From the NCBI GenBank assembly GCA_017992195.1, contig JAGOPC010000014.1, forward strand, positions 1 to 23,090: a stretch of DNA of 23,090 nt. Reading direction: 5' to 3'. Positions 1 through 9,937 of this stretch are shown here, piece after piece (within the stretch, counting starts at the first letter, position 1; each line of letters starts with the position of its first letter). Under the pieces are notes generated by a model, which saw nothing but the letters and a program-made list of their open reading frames with translations, made no database searches and was not told where the DNA came from. A program made the position numbers and the translations under genes. This stretch comes from Patescibacteria group bacterium. Its GTDB lineage: Bacteria > Patescibacteriota > Gracilibacteria > Absconditabacterales > Absconditicoccaceae.

Positions 1-1600
1 TTACATAAATTCTAATGCTACGAGTTTCACCTGCGTTAAGATTTCCGATATTCCATGTCAGAGTCTGACCTACCACTGTTGTAGGAGTCGGCACTGCCGA
101 TACGTATGTAAGATCTGCAGGTAATGTATCAGTCACAACAACACCTGTTGCTGTTCCACTTCCTGAGTTACCGTATGTAAGTGTGTAGATTGCATTACCG
201 TTCGGAGTATATCCGCCGGTACTCGCAACGACGTCTTTATTCATATAGAGATTTGGCTTGCTTACACACTGTACCTGCCATGAGGCGCTGCTGTAATTGT
301 TAAGCATAGTGAGCTCATTGCTTATCGCTTCGGCGATACTTACGTTATTCCGGAGCGTTGAACAATCTGGCACAAGTCTTTGAATTCTCGCCGTGATAGT
401 GATCGATCCCCCTGAAAATGCAGTAAGATTTCCGATGTTGAATTTCACTGTTACTGTTCCATTTGGATTTGGGATAATAGCAGACGCAGGTATGGAAGCT
501 CAAACATAGTCGAGACCTGTACCAAGCGTATCAGTGATGACAACGCCTGTCGCCATACCTGAGCCGATATTGTTGAAAGTAAGCTTGTAATATACGAGAC
601 CGCTCTGTACATTGCTTCAAGTCACCGACTTCACAATTGCGAGATCAGGCTTGAGAGGTGCAAGAGGTAACTTACATGCTGCTGTACATGCGCTTCCTGG
701 CGTACCATTAGCAGAACCAAGGTCACACTGTTCTGACGCGATACCGATATTGAATGATCCGTTATCGACGATACCGTCACCACACCAATGTACTGTTCCG
801 TTAAGACACTCATAGGCAACGCGTCTTTCTGTCCCCCGGTCTATCTGTGCAGCACTTACTGGCGCAGAACTTATAGCATAGTCCGAACTCCATACCGGCT
901 TTGCGCTTGACCACGATGATTTGATGTACCATTTCGTAGAAACGGGACCTCCGTCACCGGCAGATACTGGATAAAGCCAGTAGTTATTAGTCTTTGTTCC
1001 TGCAGCTCTTGCAGAAAAAGGTCTATAAGCGATCTCATAGGCTAATTGAAATGTTCTTGATGCTGTACTGTTATTTTCAGGTGCAGAAAGGAGGAAAGCC
1101 GCGCTCTCGATCGCTCTTACCCACACATCTTTGGGTGCGATTTTTGACTGCGCATAGAAAACATTCTGGCTATGGATAGGCGTGCCTACCGAACCAACAA
1201 GCTTTGTCAAAATATTCTGACCTCCTGCCGGAAGATAGTATCTTACCTTTGTACCCGCATATCCGGCTTGTCTTCCTCCTATCAGATAGGCTGGAATAGT
1301 TCCTCCGTTCATTACAAAATTATCTCTTCCATAGTAATTTATACCAAGGTCCTTGATTCCGTCATTATTCTGGTCCATCGCAAGATAGTAGTCCTTATAG
1401 ACATTTGCCTGGGCGCATGAACCTGGAGTAAGCGCAGAAGTCGCAGTTTCCTGGTCGAAAAAGAGCATATTTGTCGAGCTTACGTACCCATTGAGGTAGT
1501 TGTAAGTAGGCCCGGGAATAAGAGCATATGCGGAGCTGCTCAAGACTGCTCCTCAGAGGATCAGTCATGCAGCGAGCACTATTTTCGGAAGGTATTTCAT
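1..1600 (-). CDS. Secreted cell-surface protein, partial (C-terminus lies beyond the window start): signal peptide, ~290-aa unassigned domain, Cys-rich CGDG repeat, two DUF11-type repeats
   Basis: Track ORF 617..1543 extends in both directions when TGA=Gly. Upstream it reaches ATG at 1598-1600 and gives MKYLPKIVLAAGLILGGAVLSSSAYA, a hydrophobic signal peptide with TGA at 1565-1567 and 1553-1555. Downstream it reads through TGA at 617-619 and 500-502 to the window edge with no in-frame TAA/TAG (codon frame ends at 2-4). Motifs: CLNGTVHWCGDGIVDNG...EQCDLG (Myxococcus-type Cys-rich repeat), then two repeats of the DUF11 'conserved repeat domain' type (...LTFNNIGSGMATGVVITDTL..., ...LTYGNSGSGTATGVVVTDTLPADLTYV...GQTLTWNIGNLNAGETRSIRIYV). 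Confidence 0.85.
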
Positions 1601-1631
1601 AGGCGGATATCGGGAAAAGTAAACTGCAAAA

Positions 1632-1659
1632 ATGATACTATTTTATTCATATTTGTCAA
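1632..1659 (-). promoter_or_regulatory. Candidate sigma70-type promoter for the surface-protein gene
   Basis: The minus strand reads TTGACA (1659-1654), a 16-nt spacer, then TATCAT (1637-1632). This sits about 30 nt upstream of the ATG at 1600, in the 65-nt gap after the TAA of the upstream gene. Motif match only. Confidence 0.35.
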
Positions 1660-1665
1660 TAGGTC

Positions 1666-4600
1666 TTATGGCTCTCGATCGCCATCATCACTCGGATCGT
1701 CACTTGGGTCGTCATTGATAACATTGATGTCTCCGTTATGACTCTCGGTATTAATACCATCTCCTGGATCTACAGGGTTAGAGTCAGGCTCCCCTTCTAC
1801 TTCCGGTTCCGGCTCTGGCTCTGGTGGTGGAGGCGGCGGCGGAGTATCCGGCTTTTTCTGCTTAGGAGCTTCTCCATACGCTGCTCCGAGACCGATCTTG
1901 AATGAGTTTGCAGAGTTTTCGCTTCCTGTACTTCCCATAGCAACATAGATGTTTCCAGGAGCTGGCTTTACTGTTTTCTTGCTATAGGTGATCTCAAGCT
2001 GACCAAACCCTTGTTTGTATCCTTCATTAGCACATGGCGCATTGAGGAATCTTTCGAAAGTATTCCCCGTCATAGTGATATCCATGCCATTGAGAGTAAT
2101 CTTCCCTGTCTTGATAAGATCGATCAGTTGTGCGTCGCTCATCTCTGCTTTTGCATCAAATTTCTTGATAGATTTTTGAATCATTTCTTTTTGTGCAGCG
2201 AAGTCAGGACTGTTCTTATAGATCTCCAGGAACTTATTGTGAACATCTTTTTCTTTACTTGCATCTTCTCTGAATTTGTCTCCTGCAACTGACTCTACGC
2301 CACCAAACCCAACAAAACCTGTCGTAGGTTTGAGTCCTTGTCTGTAGTATCCGACGATAGCTACAGCGTTGAGTTCTGGATGTGATGAGTACTTTTCTTT
2401 GCTTGTACCGAGCGTTTTTGCGTTATTGTAGATCTTATCGAAAGCATGCGGATCGATAACGATTCCACTATTCTTAAATGCCTCGACATGTCCTTTTCTG
2501 TTTTTCAAAAGTTCTCCAAGATTTTTTGATCATTTCATTCCTTCATGTGCGATGATCGCCTCAAGTTTTGCAGAGACAGAACCCGCCTGGATGAATGAGT
2601 TAACGATAGATCTCTTATGTTCAGTACTCTTTGCCCACATTGCATCAAAATCTTTCTGTGCAGCTGCGTCAAAAATGTGCAGATAGTTCTTATTGAGAGC
2701 ATCCATACTCTTTTTCATCTGATCAAAATTTGCTCCTCTCGTAGAAGTAGCGAACTCTCCAAATGCCTTATTGTATGCTATCTTTTGTTTGTTTGTCGGA
2801 TTTGTCATAGAGACAAATTTTTCATGAGCAGCCTTACTATGGATAAGTGTTTGTATCTTAGCTTCATCCTCATTTGGTAATTCAGGATGGAATTTAAACG
2901 AGAGCTTTTCAGTTTTCACCGTCGTTCTTTCGAGATTTCTTCTGTTTTTATATTCCTCCGGAGTTCCCTCAAGACGGTAGTTAACAGGCATCTTTGACAT
3001 TCTCTTATCATTGAGTTCATATCCGATATATACCTTTTGTTTATCCTTATATGCGCCGACCAATTTACCCGCCATGATATTCATACCCTTATTGAAGGTG
3101 ATTTCATGGTCAGTAATAGAAACGAGCGTTGGGTCTTTTATGAAAACATCAAGCTGGTCGTAGATAGGAGTATCAGTTTCAGTGTTTTGTGAGATAGTGA
3201 TAAGTTCGCCCTTTTCTTCCACAAGATATTTATTACCAATCCGGTATTCGATCTTCTCTGCGTATGAAAGCCCCTTTGTATCGGCATTGTCAAATCTTGC
3301 ATATCATTTGAAGGCTGACAACTGCTTCTCTTTTGCTTCCTTGTCGAATTTGTCCTCACGCTTTGTCGATCTTGTATAGATCTTGAGGCCAACAAACGCT
3401 TTGAGCACAGGAACGCTGAAAAGTATACCAACACCAAGCTCGAGAGAGAAGTCTACTTTACCTCTTGTATGGATGATAGCATCATTTTTCCATGCTGCTA
3501 CGAATGTAGAAGCGATATCCTGTAGCGAGTAACCCTGTTCAAGACCATAGAGTACGTGCTCTGCAACCTGATCGAGCGTCTTTTCATCTGCTTTCGTAAA
3601 TAGATCTCTGAGTTCTGCTTTCACTTCAGAAAGAGTCATATCAGCAGTGATGTTACCGAGTTCTTTCGCGAGGATTCCCTGGATAGACTCTGCTTGTCTG
3701 TTGATACCTGCTTCAAGATTGCTACCAACGTTGATACCTGCTCCGGCGTAACCAGGAGCTGCTTCAGCATAAACACCTGCATGCCATAATCTCTTAGGGG
3801 TGAGCGTCTTTTCAAGCGACTTCGCATTGAGGACCTGCTGAAGATCGACACGTGCAAATGGCACGATGAAATTTGCAACACCAACGTGCGCTGATCATTT
3901 TGTATTTTTCCCAAATTCTACATCACCGTTAAATCCTACGACGAAACCTGGCATACCATTACTACCAACTCCAACTCCGACGAAGAGATGATCTATATTG
4001 ATACCCGCTCCGATACCAGCTCCGGTAGCGCGAGGCGTATTCATATATCCTGCTGCGATTCCTGCAACGATCTGAGAACGAAGCTTTCTTTGGACATCCT
4101 GCGTTGCTGCCGGATCAAGTGAAAGCTCGCTTGGAAGCTCATCGATCACATGTTTTACTTTTTCATCAATCTGTCTTCCATATCTTGCATCGATCTCGTT
4201 CTTATAATCTTCGAGACTCTCTCCTGCTTTATTATTAGTTAACCACTCCTGAAAACTGCTCACCGTCATATATGGAAGAGCTTTCACCAACATGCTTCTG
4301 ATAAGTCCAGCTTTTTCCTCGTCAGCGAGTACCGCATTGAGCTCTTTCACATTATGCCGCTCAGGGAAACTATCTCCCATCTCTCTTGCAGACGGCAGAT
4401 CAGACAGCTTATCGTAAAGTGCTTCTGCAAATACATCTCTTCCCATCATTTTCGATGTAATATCGATCATTTTCTTCAACTGATGCTCAGTGAAGACAAC
4501 TTCTTTTTGATTCTCAACCGTTTTTCTCTGCGCTCTCTTTTCAACTCTATCATCTTTCTTCTCCTTCCTGTTTACATATTTCGCTTCATCCCAAAGCCCA

Positions 4601-5130
4601 GCTTCGACCAATGTCTGCTTCACATTATTACCCCACTCTCTTGCTTCTGATCTACTTGCACCCGTACGCTCCATATACATCTCTTCAAGACCCTTCTTGA
4701 ATTTACTTCCTTTGAGGATTCCTTTGTTGATGAAATTAATAACCATATCCTGGTCGGCACGAGAAAGGTCTGTCTCATAGATCTGCGCGAAAATATCTTT
4801 CTGATCCTGATCGATAGTCTCCTGCTTGTCACGAAGACGATCATATCTTGACTGTTTTCTTTCTCTTACCTCCGTACCACCATACCCGTTATTATCGAGG
4901 TCGGCCAAAATACCGGACTGGAGGCGTTGCACCTCGTTTTGTGTCTCGTCAACAACGTCCTTCTCCTCTTTCTGTTTACGCGTCTCGGCGTCAGAAAGTT
5001 CTTTCTTGAGTTTAGCTTCCTCTTCCTTGCTTGGAGCTCTTGTATCAAGGTCGTGGAGATCTTTACTCTCCTGTTTTGTAGCGGCGTCAGAAACATCTTT
5101 TCTGCGTCCTTCTATACCTTTTGGTGCCAT
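1666..5130 (-). CDS. Giant orphan protein, 1154 aa, no recognisable family: charged coiled-coil-like N-terminus, Gly-zipper-like segments, poly-Pro/acidic C-terminal tail
   Basis: Track ORFs 3895..5130, 3304..3864, 2530..3222 and 1666..2508 are all in one frame. They are separated only by single in-frame TGA codons at 3895-3897, 3304-3306 and 2530-2532. The 'starts' of the downstream pieces are internal GTG/TTG codons. ATG at 5128-5130 is the first start after an upstream in-frame TAG. The true stop is TAA at 1666-1668. There is no N-terminal signal peptide (MAPKGIEGRRKDVSD...). Gly-rich hydrophobic stretches include ATGAGIGAGINIDHLFVGVGVGSNGMPGFVVGFNG and APGYAGAGINVGSNLEAGI. The tail reads PDTPPPPPPPEPEPEPEVEGEPDSNPVDPGD...DDPSDDPSDDGDREP. 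Confidence 0.85.
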
Positions 5131-5333
5131 AGTAATGGAATTAATAGCATAAAAACTATACCCCTATTATAGAAGAAGAAGATTTTTTTAGATAGTTTGA
5201 GTGCCCCTTTCGTATAAATGTCGTAAAAATAAAAACAAAAAAACAAATAACATCATTTTATATAATGACATTATTCATCTAGTATTTATAATATACAATG
5301 TTTATCTACGCTCTATAAACTATATTCTGGCAA

Positions 5334-6740
5334 TTATTTTCCTCCCAACACCACTCTTGCCGTCGAGATAAGTACCTGTAGATCCATCGCAAGAGACCAG
5401 TGTTGTATATAATAGAGTTCGAGCTGAGCTTCCTGCTCAAAAGGCAGTTTATCACGACCAAAGACCTGTGCGTAGCCGGTCAGTCCAGGCTTTGCCACCA
5501 GAAGTCTTTTCATCCATGGTTCGTATTTCGCAACCTCCGGCGGCAGATGTGGTCTTGGTCATACAAGAGACATTGTGCCGATAAACACATTGAAGAGTTG
5601 CGGTAGTTCATCGAGCGATGTTTTACGAAGAATCTTTCCGATCTTCGTCACGCGCGGATCGTCTCCAATTTTTGGAAGGATATGGTCTCTTGTATTTTGT
5701 GTCGCAATAAGTTCGTCGTAGACCTTCTGCGCTTTCTTTCAGCCGTAATTTTTACCGGTACTTAAATGCGTGTACATACTGCGAAATTTAATGAACCGAA
5801 ACGGAACGCCCTTCCTCCCCACTCTTTGCTGAATATAGAATACTGGACCTTTGCTATCGATTTTAATGAGCAATGCGATCAGCAGAAAAACTGGCGACAG
5901 CACGATGATCGCCAGCAGCGAACAGACGAAATCGCAGAATCTCTTCAGCACTCTCAGCCAACCGTCCAGCGGCGAGCTGCTGTATGCCCGTCCCACCACA
6001 GGCCCAATGCGCTGTGGCTGTGCGATCAGATCCTCCAGAAAATAACTTTCCGGGATATGATAAAAAGTTTTTCCATGGTTACGAGCATGGTCAGCGATCG
6101 TCTGCAACAGATTCGTACTATATGATCCTACGGCGATGACAATATCGACTGCTCCCCGGCGACGATTTCCATCGTACTCTTTCTCCTGCACAGGGATCAG
6201 CTCATAGATCTTATATCCGGAAATATCCTGACTGAACTGTTCGTACTGAGCTTGGGTCTTATAGATCACCACTATCTTATAAGGATGTTCTTTCTCCAAG
6301 TAGCTATTGATATTATTCCAGAAAATATCAAAGATACTCAGCGCGATAAATCCGCACAGCGCTGACCAAAGGATCAAAAATCTCGAAATCCCATCAGTGA
6401 AGATAAATCCATTACCGAACAATGCAAGGAATGTCATACAAACCAGCCATCGAACCCGGGCCAATAAGAACTTCCTATAGTAGCCATGCAGCGGTTTAAA
6501 CAGATCGTAGACCCCCAAGAGAAAACATGCACCTACAAAAATAGCAATCGCCGAAACCGCAAATCGGATCGTCTCTGTCAGATTGAACGCAGGTATCGTG
6601 AGCTGTAACCACGGAATCAGATCGGTCGACTGGCGCACCGTGTATCCTATCCGAAATATAACCAGCAGCAACACTATATGAAATAACGGCCTCGCAAGAC
6701 GCAAAATCATCTTATACGACGAGGCAACATTCTTTTTCAT
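5334..6740 (-). CDS. Polyprenyl glycosylphosphotransferase (bacterial sugar transferase, WbaP/EpsB-like), 468 aa
   Basis: Track ORF 5739..6812 stops at TGA 5739-5741. Reading on in frame gives the catalytic C-terminal domain ...[34 protein letters not shown][G]PRPHLPPE...[10 protein letters not shown]..., with the conserved LVGPRP glycine encoded by TGA at 5559-5561. The real stop is TAA at 5334-5336. Several N-terminal TM helices are present. The likely start is ATG 6738-6740 ([10 protein letters not shown]...) rather than the track start at 6812. Confidence 0.9.
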
Positions 6741-6843
6741 TTTTATTGGATGAATTAAATATACTTTTATATTATAGAAAAATAGGTATAAAATGAAACA
6801 ACTAAATTCCAACCAAGATTTTTAATCATTTTCATGTCAATTC

Positions 6844-7245
6844 ATGTACCTACTTCTTACCACCTACCCGAATAAACCAAGAGAGCTCAAGAAATTTATT
6901 CTCTGACTGGTAAAAAGCTGAATGGCCGCGTGCGTCCAGAAAATAAACTACGTCAAATCATTTTACATGCGAGAAGGCGCCCTCAAACAGGAAGAAGAAA
7001 AAATCCTGCTAATCAAATGTTCGAAAGACAGCAAAGAAAAAATTGAGGCCTACTTCGTTAAGAGTCATCCATATGAGATACCTGAAATGTTATGGATGCA
7101 TCCTGAAGACGTAAACGACGCTTATAAGCAGTGGGTGAAAGGCTCTCATACAGCCAATAAGAAGACCGACAAAGCATCCGACAAGAAGCACGAGAAATCA
7201 GCTAACAAGAAAGTTGAAAAAAAGATCGACAAAAAATCAGAATAA
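6844..7245 (+). CDS. cutA: CutA1 divalent-cation tolerance protein with a Lys-rich C-terminal tail, 133 aa
   Basis: Track ORF 6922..7245 extends upstream through TGA at 6919-6921 and 6904-6906 to ATG 6844. The product MYLLLTTYPNKPRELKKFILGLVKSGMAACVQKINYVKSFYMREG...LLIKC...HPYEIPEM matches the CutA pattern (LAACV, S.Y.W.G, E..L.IKT, HPYE.PE). The roughly 35-aa tail reads TANKKTDKASDKKHEKSANKKVEKKIDKKSE. Confidence 0.8.
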
Positions 7246-7271
7246 ATAATTTTCAATTTGTTACCAGCAAT

Positions 7272-8357
7272 ATGAAAAAACCACTCCTCACTCTTTTCTA
7301 TCTCATCGCATTTATTGCAGTAAGTTATTTTCTGCGGGAGTATTTGAATGCGCCAAAAAGTTTCATCATCAGTCTCATTATTTCGCTGGGAGTCATTCTA
7401 TTTCTTGTTTCACAGAAAAGTAAGTATACGAAATTTGTCGGCGTCACTCTGATCGTCGCACATTTCATATGGATCATAGGATATTTTATTCCCGTCTATG
7501 AGAAGACGCCTGATATTCGTCAGCGATATCGTAAAGCGACGAATACTATCGCCGCGATCGCAGGAAGCTCCACAGGAACGATCGTAGCATTGGAAGCCAA
7601 TGGGCAGCTCATAAGAGGGCCACTCTCTGACTTCACAAATCCGAGGCCCGTCTACCAAGGCAATCGCGTCAGCACAGCTGCGGCCAGCGTAGCGTCTGAT
7701 GGCCGCTTGCTAGTCAGACTTTGGGACGGCAGCAGCGTACAGCTTTTCCCACAGACGACGATTGCTCTTGAAACGCTGGCGACAGATTTTTCAGCGCTCA
7801 GCTGATCGGCTACGCAAATTAGATTACAATGAGGAATCATCTCCATCCAGACGCGCAGGCGCGTCTACAGTCCCGATCAGCGATCCGTCCGCGCGTGAAG
7901 CATTTCATTCTCATGTAAGGAGTGCATCATAGCATACTCAGGCACGCGCGGCACCATCGCCAGCACTCTCCCCTTCTCGCGACGCATCACCTCCGGAGAG
8001 AACATAACCCTTAGCGGCGGTGTCTACACTTTCAACAACGCTTCTGCATTAACCACGAGCACCAACAAATCTCTTCTCACCCTTCTACAAGGAACAACAA
8101 ATACGACCAATAACCGACGCACCACATACGAAAAAAATCGTCTCCAATATATCACCACTCAACGATGACGAGCTCTCGACACGAGCGTCATTCTCACCAC
8201 CGTCAGCAAAATAAAAATGGCCCTCGTCGGCCTCTTCGACCGAACCTATCGGGAAAGATACGACAACCTCATGCTCTACGAATACATCCTCGGAAATTCA
8301 GACACGATCCCTCCGAGATTTGAGGACAAGAAATTTCTGTATGAGTTTATACAATAA
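7272..8357 (+). CDS. Hypothetical membrane protein, 361 aa (about three N-terminal TM helices plus a soluble C-terminal region)
   Basis: Track ORF 7272..7805 ends at TGA 7803-7805. The same frame stays open for a further 184 codons, interrupted only by TGA at 7830, 7896 and 8166, and ends at TAA 8355-8357. An open run of that length without TAA/TAG is very unlikely in non-coding sequence. Confidence 0.75.
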
Positions 8358-8452
8358 GCTCGGATAGCCGTTCATATGCTAGGTAGCTACCTATTGACTT
8401 TACAGCCAATATGATTTAAATATCGTGTACTCTTTATTTATCATATATAATC

Positions 8453-9868
8453 ATGGCCTCATCTACTCTCGAATACTTTGATAAAGTATTAGAAATTCCT
8501 AGACCATCCGGAGAAGAAACACTTATGAGGAATAACTTAATTACTCGATGAAAGGAACGTGGTTATGAACATAGAATAGATGATTGTGGAAATCTCGTCG
8601 TCTACGTACCCGGAACGGATGACCAGAAAGATAACGAGACGGTAGTTCTCCAGGCTCACATGGATATGGTGTGCGTAAAAGCTGAGTGATCAAACCATGA
8701 TTTTACAAAAGACGCCATTCGTAAGGTAATAGATGGCGATTGGATGTACGCCGACAATACCACATTATGAGCAGACAATGGTATAGGTATCGCCATGATA
8801 CAAGCTGCAACTCATCTTTCTTCTCATCCCCCACTCGAATTACTTTTTACGGTAGATGAAGAAGTGTGACTTACAGGAGCAATTAATTTGGATGCATCGC
8901 TCTTAACAGGGAAAACAGTTATTAATCTTGATACGGAAGTGTTAGGAGAAATATGTATTAGTTCAGCAGGAGGAGCAAGAGCGAATGTTTCTCAAAAGCT
9001 TGAGGCGGATACCGCGACATACGAACAAAACACCATAGCTATTAAAGAAATGAGATGAGGACACTCAGGTACTGAAATTCATGAAAATAGAGGTAATGCA
9101 ATCAGATTGCTTCTTACTGTCATCCAGAAGGCAAAAGAAGAGCTCTGAATTGAAGATGTGCAAGTAGCAAATATACAATGAGGACAAGCGTTTAATGCTA
9201 TCCCAGGCTCATGTTCCATCACACTTGGAACAGCCAATAATGAGTTGTTCTTGGAAGCTATCAAAAAACATTATGACGTACTCATTCAAAACTATGATGC
9301 CCCAAAAGCGGAACTAGTTATTGATAAACCAGCTGCTCCAAGCAATACTCACCTATTATGATTTGACGCCCTCTCTGATAAGATCTTGTCACAAGCCAAT
9401 GGGGTTATTAACATGAGTGAAAAAATCGACTGACTAGTGGAGACTTCTATCAATCTTGGAATGATTTCTGTCAAAGACAATAATGTGGCTCTTACATTTT
9501 TGCCAAGGTCATCCATTCCCACTAAGTTAGACGTAGAAATAGCCGCACTACAGAATAGATTCTGACCAGAAAACATAGAAATAAAGAGTAAATACTATGG
9601 GCGGGAACAAGACCCAAATAGCGAATTAGTACAAGCGATGAAGACAGTGTATACTAAAGTCTATGGGAAAGAGCCAAAAATCATCTCTATACACGCTTGA
9701 TTAGAATGCTGAGCCATAGCAGGGAAATTATGAGAGTGATCTCAAGCAGTTTCTATATGACCTACTATAACCGACCCTCACTCTCCAAAAGAACGTGTTA
9801 ATATTCCTTCTGTACAAGTGATCGAAAAAGTTCTTTTTGAACTACTACGTCAAACGCATAATAAATAA
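8453..9868 (+). CDS. pepD: Aminoacyl-histidine dipeptidase / Xaa-His dipeptidase (M20 family PepD), 471 aa
   Basis: The track shows no + strand ORF of 60 aa or more here. The frame from ATG 8453 to TAA 9866-9868 contains only TGA as 'stops', 15 by hand count. Translation with TGA=Gly gives PepD motifs with the Gly supplied by TGA: TTL[G]ADNGIG (8768), TVDEEV[G]LTGA, R[G]GHSGTEIH (9056), IQ[G]GQAFNAIP, ID[G]LVETSINLG, IHA[G]LEC[G] (9698, 9710), SI[G]PTITDPHSPKERV. Confidence 0.92.
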
Positions 9869-9870
9869 GA

Positions 9871-9900
9871 AAAAAGACTCTCACAGGAGAGTCTTTTTTT
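9871..9900. terminator. Bidirectional intrinsic terminator between convergent pepD and the 9938..10483 gene
   Basis: The sequence AAAAAGACTCTC-ACAG-GAGAGTCTTTTTTT forms a perfect GC-containing stem (GACTCTC/GAGAGTC plus flanking A:T pairs). An A-tract lies on one side and a T-tract on the other, so it can terminate transcription from both strands. Confidence 0.8.
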
Positions 9901-9937
9901 ATAATGAATATTTTTAGATGAACCTTGTTATAATTTT

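Noticed and set aside
1797-1850. Simple-sequence repeat (GGN / GGCTCT units on the + strand) as a possible phase-variation tract.
   Set aside because: It encodes the PPPPPPPEPEPEPE linker. The units are codon-length or multiples of codon length, so slippage would change linker length rather than switch the frame. There is no evidence of variation from a single sequence.
612-5172. Numerous 60-120-aa ORFs antisense to, or out of frame with, the large minus-strand genes (for example 612..815, 994..1179, 1172..1420, 2011..2292, 2617..2880, 3138..3437, 3636..3914, 4354..4650, 4826..5152).
   Set aside because: They overlap long, coherent, motif-bearing reading frames and have low-complexity or Ser/Leu/Arg-rich compositions typical of shadow ORFs.
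7850-7866. GC-rich palindrome GACGCGC-AG-GCGCGTC.
   Set aside because: It lies inside the recoded coding region of the 7272..8357 gene, has no flanking U-tract, and has a loop too small for a stable terminator. It is probably incidental.
9079-9576. Minus-strand ORFs 9079..9264 and 9349..9576, the only track ORFs in the pepD region.
   Set aside because: They are antisense to the recoded PepD frame, which carries all the family motifs.
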